From the IMG/VR virus record IMGVR_UViG_3300010280_000442, positions 1-64,000 of that record: a stretch of 64,000 nucleotides of DNA; one strand, given 5' to 3'. The stretch comes from a virus. Taxonomy: Duplodnaviria > Heunggongvirae > Uroviricota > Caudoviricetes. The notes beneath the pieces were generated by a model. It was not told the DNA's origin and did no database searches. It worked only from the letters and a program-made list of their open reading frames with translations. Of this stretch, positions 37,289 to 46,558 are shown piece after piece. The translations under genes were made by a program, and so were the position numbers. The number at the start of each line of letters is the position of its first letter. Position 1 is the stretch's first letter.

Positions 37289-38725
37289 TCATAACCTGCT
37301 TTCTCCCATCAAGTTACTTCTCCGTTGCTTCTCTCTGTTATTTGTTTTTTCATTTTCATCTGGCGGGCGCTCTTTTTGGGGGTTGTCAGAGGTATTTTCA
37401 TTAGACTCATCCGCCTCTGACTTCTGCCCCTCCTCGCCAAGCTGCTTATTAACCTGCTGTTGGAAATATGCCGCCCCGATATCCTTCAACTGTACATAAG
37501 AACCGTTCGCAACGAACACATTTCCACCCTGCTCATCCGGGATCGGGTCCATATTCTCCAGCCTGCGGATGTCGTTAGGGCATAGGAACCCATTCGCAAA
37601 TCCCGTGGCATAACCGTTCATGCGGCTCTGGTAGTCGCCACGAAGCAGACCGTCCACGTTGAATTTTGGGAAATACGCATCCTGTTCTTCTTCCAGGAGC
37701 AGGTCCTTCATGATCCCCTGCTCAAAACGGATGATCCATGGGGTCAGCGTGTGCTGGACGAAATCAATCGACTGGTGTTCGATATTACTGTAGGTGGCGT
37801 GTTCCAGATCCTGCACCAGATGGGGCGGGACACGGAAAATGCGGCAGATCTCATCCACCGTGAACTTCCGGGTCTCAAGGAACTGGCTGTCTTCCGGCGG
37901 AAGAGAAATCGCTTTGTAAGTCATGCCCTCTTCCAGGACACACACCTTATGGGCGTTGTTCGCCCCGCCATATACGGCTGTCCAGTTTTCACGGATCTTC
38001 GCCGGGTCTTTCAGTACCCCCGGATGCTCCAGGACACCGCTGGGCTGCGCTCCGTTTCTAAAGAATGCCGCCCCGTATTTCTCCACTGCCAACGTCGTGC
38101 CGAGGCTGTTCTTCATCATGGCTATAGGGGAGAAACCAACAAGACCATTGAAGCCCAGCCCTGGGATATGGAACACATCCTCATTCCTCAGATAGATATC
38201 CTTGTTGTTCTCACCCGGCACCTCATCCGTATAGGCGTGGTAGATATAATAAATTTCGCCGGATTCGTCACGGTCGACCTCCACGTTTTCCGGGGACAGC
38301 GGATACAGCCCCAGGATGCCATTCTTTCCATCCCTGACAATCTGTGCATAGGCGTTGCCCCACAGCAAAAGGTGGGTCATCATGGTTTCCCGGAAGACAA
38401 AGGACGTCATCTCAGGATTCGGCTGGCGGTACAGCACCTTATAAAGCGGATGGTCTATTGCTTTTTCTTTCTCCCCGTTTTTCCCTGCGTACCGGTATAA
38501 GTGCAGCGGCAGCCCCGCGATGGACTCCGCCAGCAAGCGGACACAGGCGTACACCGTGGAGATCTGCATGGCGGATTTCTCGTCCACCCGTTCCCCGCTG
38601 TCTGCCCGCCCGAAAATGAACATCTGCCCGCTGTCCCGGACGTTGTCGGTAATGTCCGGCATCTTCGGCCTGTTTCCAGGCGCGTCCCTCGGCTTCGCAA
38701 AGCCGATCCAGTCTAAAAATCCCAT
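37289..38725 (-). CDS. portal protein (HK97/SPP1-type)
   Basis: 478 aa, directly downstream of TerL. Portal-like N-terminus (QISTVYACVRLLAESIAGLPLHLYRY). Confidence 0.8.
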   Translation of the reverse strand: MGFLDWIGFAKPRDAPGNRPKMPDITDNVRDSGQMFIFGRADSGERVDEKSAMQISTVYACVRLLAESIAGLPLHLYRYAGKNGEKEKAIDHPLYKVLYRQPNPEMTSFVFRETMMTHLLLWGNAYAQIVRDGKNGILGLYPLSPENVEVDRDESGEIYYIYHAYTDEVPGENNKDIYLRNEDVFHIPGLGFNGLVGFSPIAMMKNSLGTTLAVEKYGAAFFRNGAQPSGVLEHPGVLKDPAKIRENWTAVYGGANNAHKVCVLEEGMTYKAISLPPEDSQFLETRKFTVDEICRIFRVPPHLVQDLEHATYSNIEHQSIDFVQHTLTPWIIRFEQGIMKDLLLEEEQDAYFPKFNVDGLLRGDYQSRMNGYATGFANGFLCPNDIRRLENMDPIPDEQGGNVFVANGSYVQLKDIGAAYFQQQVNKQLGEEGQKSEADESNENTSDNPQKERPPDENEKTNNREKQRRSNLMGESRL

Positions 38726-38730
38726 CGTGT

Positions 38731-38916
38731 TTACCTCCTGTACGTTTTCTGGTTGCCATGGTCATCCGTGATGGTCACGACACTCCCAGTCAAAAACCAG
38801 CATTTTTGTGATGCCCACACCGCATCCAGTGTGGTGTTCTCATTTCCTATCACCGCATAAAAACGATGGTCATGGGTAACAGTAAAATATCTCTCCATCC
38901 TGTTCTCCTCCATCAA
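38731..38916 (-). CDS. hypothetical small protein between TerL and portal
   Basis: 61-aa ORF, overlaps the TerL stop by 4 nt. Confidence 0.35.
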   Translation of the reverse strand: MMEENRMERYFTVTHDHRFYAVIGNENTTLDAVWASQKCWFLTGSVVTITDDHGNQKTYRR

Positions 38917-40544
38917 AACACTAAAAGCCCCCTGTCCGGGTCATCATAGATGCTGCCCTGCTGCGCCCCCGCATTACGGATACAACGATCCAGCGCCATG
39001 ATCGCGGCAACAATTCCGTCAATCTTCTCTGGCGATTTTGCTTTCGTCGGCTTGATATTTTCAGCGGGGTCACGGTCAACCACAACATTCCCCGCCATCC
39101 AGCGCATGACCGGATTGCCGCCGTGGATAATCTCCCCTTCCATAAGCAACTTGTAGAATTCCTTTGTTGGTGGGCTCATGTCTTTAAAACCCTGGCCAAA
39201 GGGAACCACCGTAAAGCCCATTCCCTCAAGGTTCTGTGTCATCTGTACTGCTCCCCAGCGATCAAAAGCAATCTCCAGAATGTGATACTTTTTCCCCAAC
39301 TCCTCGATAAACTTCTCAATGAAGCCATAATGGATCACATTTCCCTCGGTTGCGTTCAGATACCCCTGCTGATACCACACATCGTAAGGGACCGACGCCC
39401 GGCGGACACGGATAGGGATTGTCTCCTCCGGTATCCAGAAGAACGGCAGCATGATATATTTCTCCGTCTCATCCCTCGGCGGGAACATCAATACAAAAGC
39501 CGTGATGTCGCCTGTACTGGACAAGTCCAGACCGGCGTAGCAATCACGGCCCTCTAAGGCTTTCATATCAATTGGAGCATTTCCCAGCTCATAGATGTGT
39601 TCTGGGATAAAGCGGGTCAAAGACGCCACCCACATATTTAAACGGAGCTGCTTGAACACGTTTTCTTCTGCCGGGTTATCCAGTGCGTCGCGGTACATAT
39701 CCCTCACACGCTCGATCTGAATCGTCTGTCCGAGAGAGGGATTTGCCTTGTACCAGTTCCTCTCATCGTGCCAATCCTCGTCATCAGCCAGTCCATAAAC
39801 CACCGGATAAAAAGTGTGGTCGTTCTTCCTCCCTGACAGAATATCCAGCGCCTTCATATGCAGCTCATAGCAGATGCTCTCTTTGTCCGTGCCAGCTGTA
39901 GTGATCAGGAAATACAGCGGCTGTTCCCTGGCGTCGCCGGAGCCTTTGGTCAGGACATCATAAAGTTTCCGGTTTGGCTGGGCATGCACCTCATCCAGCA
40001 CAAGCCCGGACACGTTCAGGCCGTGCTTGGTGCCGACCTCTGCGGAAAGCACCTGGTAAAACCCGGCGTTACTGTAGTTGACGATCCGCTTTGTCGCAGC
40101 CATAATTTTGGAGCGTTTCATCAGCGCCGGCGTCATCTGCACCATCTGGTTAGCCACGTCAAAAACAATCGACGCCTGCTGGCGGTCAGCGGCAGCGCCG
40201 TAGACTTCTGCAGAAGGCTCATTGTCCGCATACAGAAGATACAGGGCAACAGCCGCGGCAAGTTCGGATTTACCATTCTTCTTGCCTATTTCCACATAAG
40301 CTGTCCGAAACTGACGCTTCCCGTTCCCATCAACAATGCCAAACAGGTCACGGATAATCTGTTCCTGCCATGGAAGCAGCCAAAAACGCTTGCCCGCCCA
40401 CTTTCCTTTTGTGTGCCGCAGGTTCTCAATGAATGTCACAGCCCGGTTCGCCCTGGTTTCATCATAGTGGGAAGCAGGCAGCATAAACCGGGACGGCTGG
40501 TAATCCTTCAGTTTCGGATAATTCTCAGGCCTGTTTTCAGCCAT
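38913..40544 (-). CDS. terminase large subunit
   Basis: 543 aa with terminase ATPase-like N-terminus (WAGKRFWLLPWQEQIIRDLFG...VEIGKKNGKSELAA) and a nuclease half. Confidence 0.85.
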   Translation of the reverse strand: MAENRPENYPKLKDYQPSRFMLPASHYDETRANRAVTFIENLRHTKGKWAGKRFWLLPWQEQIIRDLFGIVDGNGKRQFRTAYVEIGKKNGKSELAAAVALYLLYADNEPSAEVYGAAADRQQASIVFDVANQMVQMTPALMKRSKIMAATKRIVNYSNAGFYQVLSAEVGTKHGLNVSGLVLDEVHAQPNRKLYDVLTKGSGDAREQPLYFLITTAGTDKESICYELHMKALDILSGRKNDHTFYPVVYGLADDEDWHDERNWYKANPSLGQTIQIERVRDMYRDALDNPAEENVFKQLRLNMWVASLTRFIPEHIYELGNAPIDMKALEGRDCYAGLDLSSTGDITAFVLMFPPRDETEKYIMLPFFWIPEETIPIRVRRASVPYDVWYQQGYLNATEGNVIHYGFIEKFIEELGKKYHILEIAFDRWGAVQMTQNLEGMGFTVVPFGQGFKDMSPPTKEFYKLLMEGEIIHGGNPVMRWMAGNVVVDRDPAENIKPTKAKSPEKIDGIVAAIMALDRCIRNAGAQQGSIYDDPDRGLLVF

Positions 40545-41020
40545 CAGCTTCCACCTCCCAGCAGATCCTCCATCTCATCCACCGATCCGTCACGGCTATT
40601 TGTATCCGCAATAATCCGGCTCCGGGAGGAAGGTGTCAGGCCGAACTGCTCGGCAAACCGGTTCATAATTTTCAGATAGGTCTGGGCAATGCTCACTTGT
40701 GGCACCTGCTGCCAGTAGCCGGATGGTGTCTTCACAATGGAGCCATGCTGAGTAATAAACTCCTCTGCTTCCTTCCACCGGGCGTATGCCTGACAGTAAC
40801 CTGCAAAGGCCGCCATGTCTACCTCTGTCAGGATGCCTATCTGCTCCATCTGCTTCGCAAGCCGCCTCCATTCCTTTTTTGCTTCCGGCTCCAGCCACTT
40901 TGGACAAGAAGGCGCTTTCTTCGTTGGCTTTGGTTCGCTGTTATTAAGCGGCCTCTTTCCCGGATTTCCTTCCAGTTCCTTAATTGCAGTCGGCGTTGGT
41001 TTTCTTCCTCTTGTTGCCAT
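40544..41020 (-). CDS. terminase small subunit (P27 family)
   Basis: ATRGRKPTPTAIKELEGNPGKRPLNNSEPKP...FAGYCQAYARWKEAEEFI is typical of P27-family TerS. Start at ATG MATRGRK with RBS GAGGGGAGGG. Confidence 0.7.
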   Translation of the reverse strand: MATRGRKPTPTAIKELEGNPGKRPLNNSEPKPTKKAPSCPKWLEPEAKKEWRRLAKQMEQIGILTEVDMAAFAGYCQAYARWKEAEEFITQHGSIVKTPSGYWQQVPQVSIAQTYLKIMNRFAEQFGLTPSSRSRIIADTNSRDGSVDEMEDLLGGGS

Positions 41021-41182
41021 TCGGCATCCCTCCCCTCTCATCAAAATAGGTAAAGAAAAAGGCTGCCAGCGTCAGCCGATAGCCTCAATGATAATCTATA
41101 TTAAAATGGATTCTACGACAGACACAGCCCTCTGCGGACTGTGTTGTTCTTGCTTTTATGCGTCGGGGTTAGCTTCCTTCCA

Positions 41183-41347
41183 AGCCTAGTATTCGTCCTC
41201 CAGCTCCGCCTCCTCGATGATCTGATAGGCGCTCATGAACCTTGCTCTCTGCAGCTCTTTCTCCTCTTCAGTGTAAGTGTCATCCATTCCGATGTACCCG
41301 TCGCACTCTGCCTTGCATCTGAAGAACACCACATACTTTAAATCCAT
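41183..41347 (-). CDS. hypothetical small protein (54 aa, Cys-containing)
   Basis: Not in the supplied ORF track (<60 aa). RBS AGAGAGGA. Preceded by a copy of the conserved promoter unit. Confidence 0.4.
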
Positions 41348-41394
41348 TTTCAAATCCTCTCTTTCGTTTTTGTGGTCGCCCCGCTAGGCTGTTT

Positions 41395-41475
41395 CCCTTT
41401 GGTTGTGTGTATATTACCGTCACATGCGAAGAATAGCAAGTTATACCTTCGCTATAAATACACCAAAGATCGTAC
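41395..41475 (-). promoter_or_regulatory. conserved early-promoter unit, copy 1 (TTGCTA-N17-TAATAT with extended conserved flanks)
   Basis: Plus strand reads GTATATTACCGTCACATGCGAAGAATAGCAAGTTATA.... Confidence 0.5.
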
Positions 41476-41549
41476 CGGATAATCGGGCATTATATACAAA
41501 CGGCAAGGAGCCGGATGGCCAGCTCCCCATGCGCATGGTTTCTGGAATG

Positions 41550-41759
41550 TCAGCTTTCCAGGACTGCGGTAATCTTGAACCGTTTATTGAACTGCGCCGC
41601 CGTGATGGTGGCGTCGTCGCTGCCGTCATCTGCCCCAAAGAACACCTGGACTTTGCCGTTGCAGGTATTCGCCACACCGCATTTGCCGGTCTTGGTTTCC
41701 CTTATCTCGATGGTGTGTGCGGTATTTTCCGCTTTGACCAACTTTTCGAATTCCGTCAT
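41550..41759 (-). CDS. hypothetical small protein
   Basis: RBS GGAGGAGG; 69 aa. Confidence 0.45.
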   Translation of the reverse strand: MTEFEKLVKAENTAHTIEIRETKTGKCGVANTCNGKVQVFFGADDGSDDATITAAQFNKRFKITAVLES

Positions 41760-41808
41760 ATCAAATCCTCCTCCAAATTAATGCTGATTTTCCTTGCCAG
41801 TCCTACGG

Positions 41809-42030
41809 TTATTTTTCCAGCGTAACGATCAGTGTATTTTCTGAGATGGTGTCATCTGGATTTCGGAGTTGCCAGTTTACTGTATAACTTGTTTCATCCC
41901 ATTCATTATGCCGAAAAAGCTTCAGTGTTTCCTTTTTGATGTATTTAAGTGCCTCAACTCTGACCAGTTTTTGCTCTAACAGTTCCGCCTCATTGATTTC
42001 AATGCCATTAATTTTGTAAGTATACTTCAT
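41809..42030 (-). CDS. hypothetical small protein
   Basis: RBS GGAGGA; 73 aa. Promoter-unit copy at 42055-42140. Confidence 0.45.
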   Translation of the reverse strand: MKYTYKINGIEINEAELLEQKLVRVEALKYIKKETLKLFRHNEWDETSYTVNWQLRNPDDTISENTLIVTLEK

Positions 42031-42054
42031 CTCTGTGTCCTCCGTTTGCTTTGT

Positions 42055-42140
42055 TTTCCTTTTCGGTGTCTGTATATTACCGTCTTGTGCGAAGGATATC
42101 CAGTCAATTCTGCATCATAAATGTGACAAAGATGACGCCC
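42055..42140 (-). promoter_or_regulatory. conserved early-promoter unit, variant copy (TGGATA at the -35 position)
   Basis: TGTATATTACCGTCTTGTGCGAAGGATATCCAGTCAATTCTG. Confidence 0.4.
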
Positions 42141-42206
42141 TATTATCGGGCAATATAGACACTGATAACACAGAGAAAACAGCCCCTTTCGGAGCTGCTC
42201 CGCTGT

Positions 42207-42494
42207 TTATTGTGCTGCTTCCTGCAATGCCCAGGCTATTGCGTGGCCCTCATCCCAAAACTCAACTGCGCTGACCGCCGCAAGTCCGATGGTGCCTTCG
42301 CAACTCAAATCATCATCCAGATGCTCGTAAACCGCAGCGAAGTAGCAAGGCTTGTTCATTCCATTGAAGAAGTGGCCCGCCATAATCACCTTATCTCCGA
42401 AGTTCAGTACCTTTCTCCAAATGCACTCCAAATTCTCTGACGTGGTCGGATTAGGCAGTTTGTATTTTTCTGCCCTCTTTGTCATTTCACTCAT
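42207..42494 (-). CDS. hypothetical protein
   Basis: RBS AAGGAGG; 95 aa. Promoter-unit copy at 42520-42620. Confidence 0.45.
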   Translation of the reverse strand: MSEMTKRAEKYKLPNPTTSENLECIWRKVLNFGDKVIMAGHFFNGMNKPCYFAAVYEHLDDDLSCEGTIGLAAVSAVEFWDEGHAIAWALQEAAQ

Positions 42495-42519
42495 CGTGGC
42501 ATCCTCCTTGTTAGGGTTT

Positions 42520-42620
42520 GTTCCCCTTTTGTTGTGGACATATTACCGTCTCTCCTCACATTTATCCAGTCAATTGTGAGTTGTAATCTGCACAAATATC
42601 TCCGGCGAAATCAGGTCAAT
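42520..42620 (-). promoter_or_regulatory. conserved early-promoter unit, variant copy
   Basis: GGACATATTACCGTCTCTCCTCACATTTATCCAGTCAATTGTG. Confidence 0.4.
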
Positions 42621-42626
42621 AATACG

Positions 42627-42821
42627 TTAATTCAACGCATCAATAATTTCCTCCACTATATCCTTTGCATCCCCAGAAACACTGCATCCGCTGGTCTCGT
42701 ATTTGCTGAGAAGTCCCTGCAAAAGAGGTTCATCCATAGGAATATCCGGAAACCAAACTTCATACCCTGTTTGCTCATTCTTAAAAAGCATCGCTACTAA
42801 TGCCATCCCATCCATATTCAT
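42627..42821 (-). CDS. hypothetical small protein
   Basis: RBS AAAGGAGA; 64 aa. Promoter-unit copy at 42845-42950. Confidence 0.4.
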   Translation of the reverse strand: MNMDGMALVAMLFKNEQTGYEVWFPDIPMDEPLLQGLLSKYETSGCSVSGDAKDIVEEIIDALN

Positions 42822-42844
42822 AATCTCCTTTTAATTTGTGGGGT

Positions 42845-42950
42845 TCGTTCCCCTTCGTTGTGACTGCATATTACCGTCTCTTCGCACATATATCCAGTCT
42901 TTTCTGTATCATAATCTGCACAAATATCTGCGGCAGAATCAGTGCAGGAT
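42845..42950 (-). promoter_or_regulatory. conserved early-promoter unit, variant copy
   Basis: GACTGCATATTACCGTCTCTTCGCACATATATCCAGTC. Confidence 0.4.
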
Positions 42951-43066
42951 ATACGGTCACAGTTGGGGCGCATTTGCCCTTTGTGGGGCTTTCCTCTTGA
43001 ATGGACAAACACATCGAGGGGCGGTTTTCCGCCCCTCTGTGCCCGCCCTGTGCGGCTGTGTTGGGC

Positions 43067-43516
43067 TTATTCTTCTTCGTCCCAATCATCCTCTTCTTCC
43101 CAGCAGTCCTCTTCCTTCTCGTCCCAGCTGTCATCCACATCCTCCTCCGCGTCCTGGAAGTCCCACATATCTTCGGTAGGCATCTCCCTGAGCGCCGGGG
43201 TTCCTTCGATGTAATCGGCAACCGCACCGGTCAGCTGGTCGAGGATCGCATCGTAGGCCCTGTCGTTTTCAATTCCCCAGATGGCATCCACCAGTTCCCT
43301 GATCTCCTTGTTGCCCTTCGCCCGCAGGAAGCGGGCCGCTGGGTTGCAGGTTTCTTTACCGTACTCAACCCCAATGTGGTCGCCGTCGTTAAAGCAGCGG
43401 TATCCGATCCTTGCCATTGCCCTGGTAAGCTCCCCCGCGAGGTTCTCCGCCTTGCCGCTTACCGGTACCAGTTCCTCAAAAAGTTTATTGATTCTTTCAT
43501 CGTTCTTCGTAATCAT
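43067..43516 (-). CDS. hypothetical protein with extremely acidic Trp-containing C-terminal tail
   Basis: RBS AAGGAGGA before ATG MITKND. C-terminus EDVDDSWDEKEEDCWEEEDDWDEEE. Confidence 0.5.
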   Translation of the reverse strand: MITKNDERINKLFEELVPVSGKAENLAGELTRAMARIGYRCFNDGDHIGVEYGKETCNPAARFLRAKGNKEIRELVDAIWGIENDRAYDAILDQLTGAVADYIEGTPALREMPTEDMWDFQDAEEDVDDSWDEKEEDCWEEEDDWDEEE

Positions 43517-43539
43517 GGTGTTATCCTCCTTGTTTTTTG

Positions 43540-43625
43540 GGTGTTCCCCTTTGGTTGTGTGTATATTACCGTCATGTCCGGAGAATAGCAAGTTATATCC
43601 GCGCCATAATGTACACAATCATTTG
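43540..43625 (-). promoter_or_regulatory. conserved early-promoter unit copy
   Basis: TGTATATTACCGTCATGTCCGGAGAATAGCAAGTTATATCCGCGCCATAATGTACACAATCA. Confidence 0.5.
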
Positions 43626-43761
43626 CCCCCGGAATTGGCACATTTACAGCATATTATGTATAGAAAAACGGACAGAGGAAAGCGGCCGGTGATTGCTCTT
43701 CCAGCCGTTTTCCTTTGCCTGTTTATTGGTTCTGTGCTTTCTCAGGAGGTCCGCCCAAGCC

Positions 43762-44004
43762 CTACAAAATCCCTTTCTCTTTCTCATCCCAGATATGTCC
43801 GGCGGCGTCCACATACAGCCGAAGGTCTTCTTCCCTGTCGTAAGTTTCGTAAAGGTAATTGACCATACCGGTCGCCCGGAAGGTATATGCGTAGGTGCTT
43901 CTGTACCAATGGCAGCCGTTATAGTCGATTTCAAAAGGAAACTCTTTTTCGCTTTGGTATTTGATTTCGCCGTATCCGAATTTGTTGTCTTTTGTTTGTT
44001 TCAT
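43762..44004 (-). CDS. hypothetical small protein
   Basis: Start at ATG MKQTKDN with RBS GAAAGGGG; 80 aa. Confidence 0.45.
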   Translation of the reverse strand: MKQTKDNKFGYGEIKYQSEKEFPFEIDYNGCHWYRSTYAYTFRATGMVNYLYETYDREEDLRLYVDAAGHIWDEKEKGIL

Positions 44005-44009
44005 GGCTT

Positions 44010-44095
44010 TCTGCCCCTTTCGTTTTGGTAGCTGTATATTACCGTCGTTTGGAACATATAGCAAGCGGCCACATGTACCAAACATTCACGACAGG
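44010..44095 (-). promoter_or_regulatory. conserved early-promoter unit copy
   Basis: TGTATATTACCGTCGTTTGGAACATATAGCAAGCGGCCACATGTACCAAACATTCAC. Confidence 0.5.
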
Positions 44096-44108
44096 GATTG
44101 TGCGCCTT

Positions 44109-44396
44109 TTACTTCTGTGAAATCAGTGCCATAGGGCCTTCGGAATTATAATACTCCTCAATATACTGGCTGCCATCCTCGTTGGTTACCACTGCCGGAT
44201 ACCGTACTTTCTTTCCGTATTTTGAGAGAATGTCAGCGGCGATATCTGCAATCTCCCCAATAAACTCCATGTCCCAGGCCAGTTCCGGCTCTTCACACAA
44301 AACCTTGCACATTTCCATAACTGCGTTGTGAACCTCATCAATTCGGGCAGCCTGCCCATCATCCAGTTCCAACTCTTCTAATTCATCATCATACAT
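44109..44396 (-). CDS. hypothetical acidic protein
   Basis: Start at ATG MYDDELEEL with RBS AAAGAGAGG; 95 aa. Confidence 0.45.
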   Translation of the reverse strand: MYDDELEELELDDGQAARIDEVHNAVMEMCKVLCEEPELAWDMEFIGEIADIAADILSKYGKKVRYPAVVTNEDGSQYIEEYYNSEGPMALISQK

Positions 44397-44419
44397 TTTC
44401 GTTTGCCTCTCTTTCCGGG

Positions 44420-44510
44420 ATGGTCCCTTTGCGGTGATACATATTACCGTCACGTCCCGGTAATAGCAAGTCAATTCTGTTCCATAAATGTACAAAATAT
44501 TCGTACTGAA
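44420..44510 (-). promoter_or_regulatory. conserved early-promoter unit copy
   Basis: ACATATTACCGTCACGTCCCGGTAATAGCAAGTCAATTCTGTTCCATAAATGTACAAAATATTC. Confidence 0.5.
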
Positions 44511-44521
44511 CTCTGTCGCAT

Positions 44522-44986
44522 TTATGATTCGGCGGCTGCGTAAAAAACTGGAATCCCTATGGATTCATCCTCAATTCCAAGTTCCTCACACATCCCCTCC
44601 AGCATCGCCCTGCTGTAACAGTGCAGGTAAAGATTATATTCCTTCTTCCGTGTATTCATACGGAGCCAGTAAAACCCGTACTCTCCCATAAGGTAAGCAT
44701 TGTATTCCACACCACTATCTGCGCCAACAGCCTCCGCCGATTTCTGGCAGAACCTCCCGACCTCATTCAAATTCGCAAACTCCTGTGTGAACGCATTATA
44801 GACAGCATCGAATTCCGCCAGCAACTCCGGCGTCTCCAATTCCTTGTGGATCGGCCACACTGTATTCCACCAGCGCCATCCGTCATGGTCGGCGCGGATA
44901 TAGCCCACCTCGCTATTTGGCCTGCTGTCCACAGAATCCAGCCATGCTTGTCTGAAAAATAAATGTTTCTGTAAAAGTTCTCTCAT
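44522..44986 (-). CDS. hypothetical protein (154 aa, Trp-rich)
   Basis: ORF with weak RBS; no recognisable motif. Confidence 0.45.
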   Translation of the reverse strand: MRELLQKHLFFRQAWLDSVDSRPNSEVGYIRADHDGWRWWNTVWPIHKELETPELLAEFDAVYNAFTQEFANLNEVGRFCQKSAEAVGADSGVEYNAYLMGEYGFYWLRMNTRKKEYNLYLHCYSRAMLEGMCEELGIEDESIGIPVFYAAAES

Positions 44987-45044
44987 ATAAAAAACGTTTC
45001 TTTCAAATTACTGTGGGGTGACCGCAGCCACCCTCATCTTTCTT

Positions 45045-45227
45045 TTACTCTGCCATCTCTCCAAGGGACCTCACCTCATAGCGGATCAGCAGTCCGTTGA
45101 TGTCACACCCCCGCCTCTTCTCCGCTTCCTTTTTGCAAGCCTCCGCTTCCCTCTGGGTTGAGTAGATGCCGCTGTACGGCACCCACCTTGCCCCCTTTTT
45201 TCCGCCTCTGCAAAATACCTGGTACAT
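45045..45227 (-). CDS. hypothetical small basic protein
   Basis: RBS AGGAGGG; 60 aa. Confidence 0.35.
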   Translation of the reverse strand: MYQVFCRGGKKGARWVPYSGIYSTQREAEACKKEAEKRRGCDINGLLIRYEVRSLGEMAE

Positions 45228-45260
45228 CTCAAGCCCTCCTATGTTGTTCTGCCTTAGTTT

Positions 45261-45452
45261 TCATCTGGATTTCCGGCCCAAGAGGAATGCCTGTTCCAGC
45301 ATCGCCTCAATAGCTCCGACTGAAATGTCCAGGAAGTCCTCGCTGTCGCTCATGCGGTACTCCAAATCCCCGCGCTGCTCTATAGTGTAGGATGCTTTCT
45401 TTGCGATCTCTAAAAGTGCCTCGGCCTGCTTTTTTGTTATGTTCTTCATCAT
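45261..45452 (-). CDS. hypothetical small protein
   Basis: RBS AAGGAGGG before ATG MMKNITKK; 63 aa. Promoter-unit copy at 45490-45575. Confidence 0.4.
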   Translation of the reverse strand: MMKNITKKQAEALLEIAKKASYTIEQRGDLEYRMSDSEDFLDISVGAIEAMLEQAFLLGRKSR

Positions 45453-45489
45453 GGTAAAGCCCTCCTTGTATTTCCGCTTAGGCTTCTCT

Positions 45490-45575
45490 CCCTTGCGTTG
45501 TGGACATATTACCGTCACGTTCCGATAATAGCAAGTCAATTTTGCGCCATAATGTTCACAAATATCAAAAGCAGA
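45490..45575 (-). promoter_or_regulatory. conserved early-promoter unit copy
   Basis: GACATATTACCGTCACGTTCCGATAATAGCAAGTCAATTTTGCGCCATAATGTTCACAAATATC. Confidence 0.5.
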
Positions 45576-45598
45576 AACTGTATAAATTATGGCGCCTT

Positions 45599-45961
45599 CT
45601 ACTTTGAGGGTCCGCCATTTTTCTTTCCTAATTCATAAAACGCTTTGGCAATTTCGGTGCGATTCTTATCCATGAAAAGATCCCTGCACCTAAAACAGAA
45701 TTCTTCATTTTTATGCTCCAGCTGCTTAAATTTTTCTCCGCAGATTACACAGAAACTGTTTTTGTATTGTTCTCTCACATGACCGGATAGTTTCACGCCG
45801 CAGTGCGGGCAAAAAGAATTCCCTTTTGCTGTTTCCGATCCACATGCGGAGCAGCAATAATGTTCAACGTCCCTTTCTACCCATTCCTGAAACTTTGTAC
45901 CTCTGTCCACGCACTCTTCAAGGACTCTTTGTCTTCTCCAATAATGTTTAATATATGCCAT
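45599..45961 (-). CDS. Zn-ribbon protein (multiple CxxC pairs)
   Basis: CCSACGSE...CPHCG...CVICGEKF...CFRCRD. RBS AGGAGG. Promoter-unit copy at 45980-46060. Confidence 0.5.
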   Translation of the reverse strand: MAYIKHYWRRQRVLEECVDRGTKFQEWVERDVEHYCCSACGSETAKGNSFCPHCGVKLSGHVREQYKNSFCVICGEKFKQLEHKNEEFCFRCRDLFMDKNRTEIAKAFYELGKKNGGPSK

Positions 45962-45979
45962 GCTCTTTTCCTCCTGGTT

Positions 45980-46060
45980 TTAACTTTTTCTCTTTGTATG
46001 TGCATATTACCGTCACGTCCCGGTAATAGCAAGTCAATTCTGAGCCATAATGTTCACAAT
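45980..46060 (-). promoter_or_regulatory. conserved early-promoter unit copy
   Basis: GCATATTACCGTCACGTCCCGGTAATAGCAAGTCAATTCTGAGCCATAATGTTCACAATCATCC. Confidence 0.5.
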
Positions 46061-46175
46061 CATCCAGCCAGATATTTGGTACATTTATTCTCCGAAATTG
46101 ACTTGATAATATCTGCTTTTAGAGCGAATATACACACACCGAAAGGAAAACACACCACACACGGAGGGAACAAAC

Positions 46176-46430
46176 ATGGCAAAGAAAAACTACACCGAAA
46201 TCGAAAAGATCATCGAAAAACGCATCGCGGAGCTTGAGGAAGAATACGAACTCGACAATGACGACATCGAGGAAATCAGGACGGAAGCCTACAAGGAAAA
46301 CGGCTGGAACTACGACCCCTTCCCGCTGGAAGAAGAAGAGGAACCGGAAGAAGAGGAAATTTTCTACGGCTACCGCAGCCTTGAAGACCAGCTTTGGGAA
46401 GTTGGGATGAGCATGAGGGATTTCCTTTAA
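46176..46430 (+). CDS. small highly acidic protein (candidate DNA-mimic / anti-restriction-type protein)
   Basis: 84 aa, very acidic (…PFPLEEEEEPEEEEIFYGY…). Plus-strand promoter-like AATTGACTTGATAATATCTGC at about 46088-46120. Confidence 0.5.
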   Translation: MAKKNYTEIEKIIEKRIAELEEEYELDNDDIEEIRTEAYKENGWNYDPFPLEEEEEPEEEEIFYGYRSLEDQLWEVGMSMRDFL

Positions 46431-46558
46431 AGGAAACCCTCCCCAAAAAAGGGGCAAGCCGCCCCGCCGCCCATGAGGGCGGTCTCTCTCGTGTGTGTTT
46501 GTTATATAGTGCCGGATTCCCATCGAAAACTTTGTGTACTTTATGCAGCCGAATGTTC

